Source: Amoeboaphelidium protococcarum X5
Lineage: Eukaryota > Fungi > Aphelidiomycota
Length of the DNA: 14,923 nt
NCBI GenBank assembly: GCA_023515725.1
Contig: JALDTO010000118.1
Span: 1 to 14,923 of the forward strand
Direction of reading: 5' to 3'
This document shows positions 11,801 through 14,923 of the stretch, in pieces (position 1 is the stretch's first letter; every line of letters starts with the position of its first letter). A program made the position numbers and the translations under genes. The notes beneath the pieces were generated by a model, which saw only the letters and a list, made by a program, of their open reading frames with translations, did no database searches and was not told where the DNA came from.

Positions 11801-13597
11801 CATTCTATCGCTTTAGAGTTGTGTGATGATCCTTATGGAACTGCAGGTGGTGGTCTGAAGATGAAGGACAAGGTTGATGACGTTAATTTGTAACATGTCC
11901 AGCTGCTGATGTGCATTCTGGTCAAGTTTGCACTGGGTGATGAATAAGCCTTTACATTGATATTCCCTGAGCAGATTCAGGTGATATTGGCGGTTGACTA
12001 TCAGACTGCTTACTGTGATCTGAAGTCTTTAGTAGGTAGAACTTTGACAGAGCTTACTGTAGATCTGATTTGTCTAGATCAGAATTACCTGGATTATGGC
12101 TGCAAGAATCAACTATAGATATTATGCTCTGGAGGTCAGAATACATCGGATGAGAGTTATTTTATACTGAGCGGCGTATGTGATCGCCTTTCTGATATTG
12201 CGCCGACGATTACATGGCAAGTGTACAATTTGTGGAAGCGTTTATAACCCAATGATTATAAGTAGTGGGCAGAATTTATTCATTCAATGGCTGTCAAGTT
12301 CGAACATGTTCGCGAGCACTTGGTTCAGGATTACCTGTAAGCGTTGATGTCCAATCTTCTATGCACCAGGCATGATTAAATTAGGTACTTGACTTGCAGA
12401 TTGATTGACATTGCTGTTATCCAACCTGCGCTTGATTATTAGAATAATATTGACGATAGTACTTTGGACAATACGTAGTCTCGATTAAAGTTGATTGATT
12501 TTGTGCATAATCTCAAGGCGTAATTTCCGGAGCTGTAGTAAATTCTACACAGTATGCAGCAACGTGGTATTAAAGACCATATTGGGACTTTATTTGAGTA
12601 TTACTTTTAGTGTCTATCACAATGTCTTGTCAGTGCTGACATTTATACAGTCGTAAAAGATGTCTTGCTTTAGGCGGCTCTGAATATTTAGGACATTTTC
12701 TAGGTACTCGGTTCTATCATGGATAGAAGTAGAAGTCTTATCGTGCAGATGCTCATCAAAGGATTTGAGTATGACAGTAATCTTATCGCAGAGCTGAGTA
12801 ACAATCCTCTTATCATGGACAACTTTGTGGAGTTTGGCATTTTGATAGACTGTGATAGTAGCAAATGTACAAAGAACGTCAACGAGACCTTTCCACCGCT
12901 CACTACTCTATGGCTGATGCTTGTTAGACGTGATGGAACATTCGTCTCTAAACTTCTAAAAGGTAGCTCCTTGCCGTGGTCTTTGCGAATTATCATGATG
13001 GAAGAGTCTCAGCATCACAAAGTCGCCGCACATTCTCTGGTGAACTTTGTACGTGATTGTAATAATCCAGAGTTGACGCGGTTCTGTTAAAGTCTATTCT
13101 TTGTCGACTAGCTGTGGTAGAAGATTAATGTTGTAGCATTATATCTTGAATAGTATTCCGTTCTGATGTCTGATCAAGTTGCTTCGATGGTTCCATTGCA
13201 GGTGCTGCATAAAGCTGTGGAATGTCTGTCCCTTCTTGGTCGACAGTAGATGAGTGAAAGTAATATGAGAATATTCAGATAGATTATTGGAGCATTGCGC
13301 AGTCATTTGCAAAGTATATTGAATGCTCTCGAGAGAAGGTAAGATCTCGCTGGTGATCGTGGAATGTTGGATAATATCATTCTAAAATTGGGAACTATAA
13401 TCAATCATTGTCTTGCTGCACCAGAATATGAGGCGATGAATGCTGATTTGAGTGCACTGCATCAGAACTATTTATTAAGAATCTAGGCTATCCTGCTCGA
13501 GCAACGGCATTGTTCACCTACTCACACTATCGTTATAGATGATGATGACAACTTCGAAGATGATCAAGACAATGTGAGTGGCATAGAATAACATTGA
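5837..13597 (+). CDS. Large ubiquitin carboxyl-terminal hydrolase, peptidase C19 (USP34/USP24/USP9-like), ~2586 aa, no intron needed
   Basis: One frame, no TGA found from ATG 5837 to TGA 13595-13597. Cys box VGLKNLGATCYMNSLLQQFYM (Cys 9962-9964), QLQNLFVHLMESERRAYN, QQMDVDEF, LKRFDFD, His box YKLRGVLVHTGTADSGHYYSYIR (His 10784-10786), WLLFND, ECFGG, SAYMLFY. Ubiquitin-like domain at ~8321-8548, long helical flanks, DUF3517-like RKHWKYFNEFWELL. Confidence 0.94.
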
Positions 13598-13681
13598 AGA
13601 GTGTTTAAAATAGCAAACAAAAATCTATCAAATAGTCATACCGTACATGCAATGAGCAAATAATATATTCAATACCTTTAT

Positions 13682-14653
13682 TCATTATACATCTCCTTTT
13701 TAGAACTTGATAGCATTTTCAATGGTCATTTATCGCGCATCATCATAACTAATATTCTTCTCCTGTGCAATCACATTCAGAATATCCTTCATCGCATCAA
13801 TTAAACCACTATCAACACTTCCCAAATCAGTCTCAGCCAGTAATCTATCTGATGGAGTACGACGAATACAATCCTACAGCCTCTGCATAGATCTACCGCA
13901 TATAGTGCTTGAATATGAAAAGTAAAATCTCGCACCAACACCCATAGGCAATTGACAAAACTTCTCTATAAATTACGGTGGACCCATATAAGAATGGAGC
14001 ATAATACGCGGTGGAAGTTTAATCTCTTGCTGAAGAGTCTCTGGAAGCATAGCCTCTTCCTTTCTATACTGTCTCACAAGAGATCTCTTTGATGGCACTT
14101 TAGACTTGAAATAGGCCAGCATCTCCTCGTGTGATTAGACAGAATGCAGCGATACTGGGCGATTAAGTTTCCAAGCTAGATGGATTTACTAATCGAATAT
14201 TACCTGCTATATCGACTTGAATGTACTTTACTCCACCCCGGGATGTATCTTCATTAAGTGACTAGGTGTTTTGGCTATTTTGTCCAGTCCAAACTCTCCT
14301 ACCACAGCGTTGGGATACTTTAATAACATCTACTCCAGCTATTGAAACCAGTTATCTCTCACCACACTTTAATCTTTAAAATCCTGCGATTCTTATTACT
14401 ACGACTTTAGTGATTCTAACTTATCATTCTTATGATTAAACTGCAACTAGAAGGCAAACCAAGGATGATATCCAAAGCAAGGTACGACTTGATCCGAGTT
14501 TTATAGATAAATTCTCTCTACAATGGACCAGTCTGAAGGCTGAGTTCCCATCACCATCATTCTATATCCAGTATTAGCCGTAAGGAACTGATTGATTTAT
14601 TTCACGGTAACATCAACATCCTGGCGAGAGATGTCATCACAACTGCTGTCATG
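13682..14653 (-). CDS. TatD-family metal-dependent DNase (fungal Scn1/TATDN3-like), 5' end missing or unresolved, possibly disrupted
   Basis: Minus-strand frame with TAR=Gln: VMGTQPSDW, VVPCFGYHPW (GYHPW 14459-14473), AVVGEFGLD (GEFGLD 14282-14299), QQVIFDQQIHLA, RPVSLHSVQSH, PPRIMLHSYMG, RFYFSYS, DRLLAETD (ETD 13826-13834), ENAIKF, stop TGA 13684-13682. No DxHxH upstream. In-frame ATGs only at 14560 (internal) and 14791 (beyond the repeat cluster). Absent from the supplied ORF track. Confidence 0.88.
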
Positions 14654-14675
14654 GCCAATTTTTAAAGGGGAAAGT

Positions 14676-14770
14676 TATTCGGCCCGATCGGGCTCGCTTA
14701 TTTGGCCCAATCCTATTCGGCCCAACAGTGAAACAACAGACAATGGTTATTCGGCCCTTTTATTCAGCAC
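14676..14770. repeat. Cluster of five 10-bp direct repeats, consensus TATTCGGCCC, plus a 12-bp palindrome
   Basis: TATTCGGCCC 14676-14685, TATTTGGCCC 14699-14708, TATTCGGCCC 14714-14723, TATTCGGCCC 14748-14757, degenerate TATTCAGCAC 14761-14770. Perfect palindrome GCCCGATCGGGC at 14682-14693. Confidence 0.9.
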
Positions 14771-14803
14771 CAAAAAACAATATTTATTCATACACTCTCG
14801 ATA

Positions 14804-14923
14804 TCACTTAGATTAGGACTTTTGCTTCTTATTTCTTAATTTTTCAGCTGCGGCTGCATATCTCGTCTTTTTCCGTACGTTATTGCGTGGCCTACCTTTG
14901 CAAGGCTGACTGCCATCTGGTAG
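14804..14923 (-). CDS. C-terminal fragment of an unidentified protein, possibly a transposase tail
   Basis: LPDGSQPCKGRPRNNVRKKTRYAAAAEKLRNKKQKSQSK then TGA 14806-14804, with an AT-hook-like GRPR and an NLS-like basic tail. The frame is ambiguous: a second minus frame stays open to TGA 14790-14788. Confidence 0.4.

Larger units (their letters stand above)
14654..14923 (-). mobile_element. Putative end of a DNA transposon (Mutator/MULE-like?) extending beyond the window
   Basis: Subterminal-style short repeats start where TatD similarity stops. Beyond them a minus-strand ORF tail with KGRPR and a basic stretch ends at TGA, followed by AATAAA (14788-14783). The other end and any target-site duplication are not visible. 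Confidence 0.45.

Noticed and set aside
1537-12996. Antisense and off-frame track ORFs (e.g. 1537-1923, 1595-1951, 3171-3491, 6110-6367, 8430-8663, 12700-12996)
   Set aside because: They are shadows of the real long genes with no recognisable motifs.
991-14209. TAA and TAG encoding different residues (Glu, Lys, Leu, Tyr or pyrrolysine)
   Set aside because: Both codons independently occupy conserved Gln positions in three unrelated protein families.
426-14653. Cluster of pseudogenes with many premature stops
   Set aside because: Interruptions are only TAA/TAG, never TGA or frameshifts, they sit at conserved Gln sites, and catalytic motifs are intact.
14676-14770. CRISPR-like array
   Set aside because: Repeats are only 10 bp with 3-24 bp irregular spacers, there are no cas genes, and the context is eukaryotic.
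14592-14816. Plus-strand 74-aa ORF across the repeat cluster
   Set aside because: No ATG start, overlaps TatD antisense, and has no recognisable motifs.

Overview
Compact eukaryotic nuclear DNA that only reads sensibly with TAA and TAG as Gln and TGA as the sole stop (translation table 6), so the supplied standard-code ORF track is fragmented and mostly misleading. Re-translated by hand it contains: the 3' end of a probable UBX-domain gene (1-215, one intron), a fungal-type synaptojanin (426-3633, one intron), an MFS transporter (3823-5199), an intronless ~2586-aa USP34/USP24/USP9-like deubiquitinase (5837-13597), and a convergent TatD/Scn1-like DNase (minus strand, 13682-~14653). The TatD gene lacks its N-terminal HxH motif and abuts a cluster of TATTCGGCCC repeats that looks like a DNA-transposon end. 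Fungal-like proteins plus TAR=Gln suggest an aphelid such as Amoeboaphelidium protococcarum (inference; no search was run).
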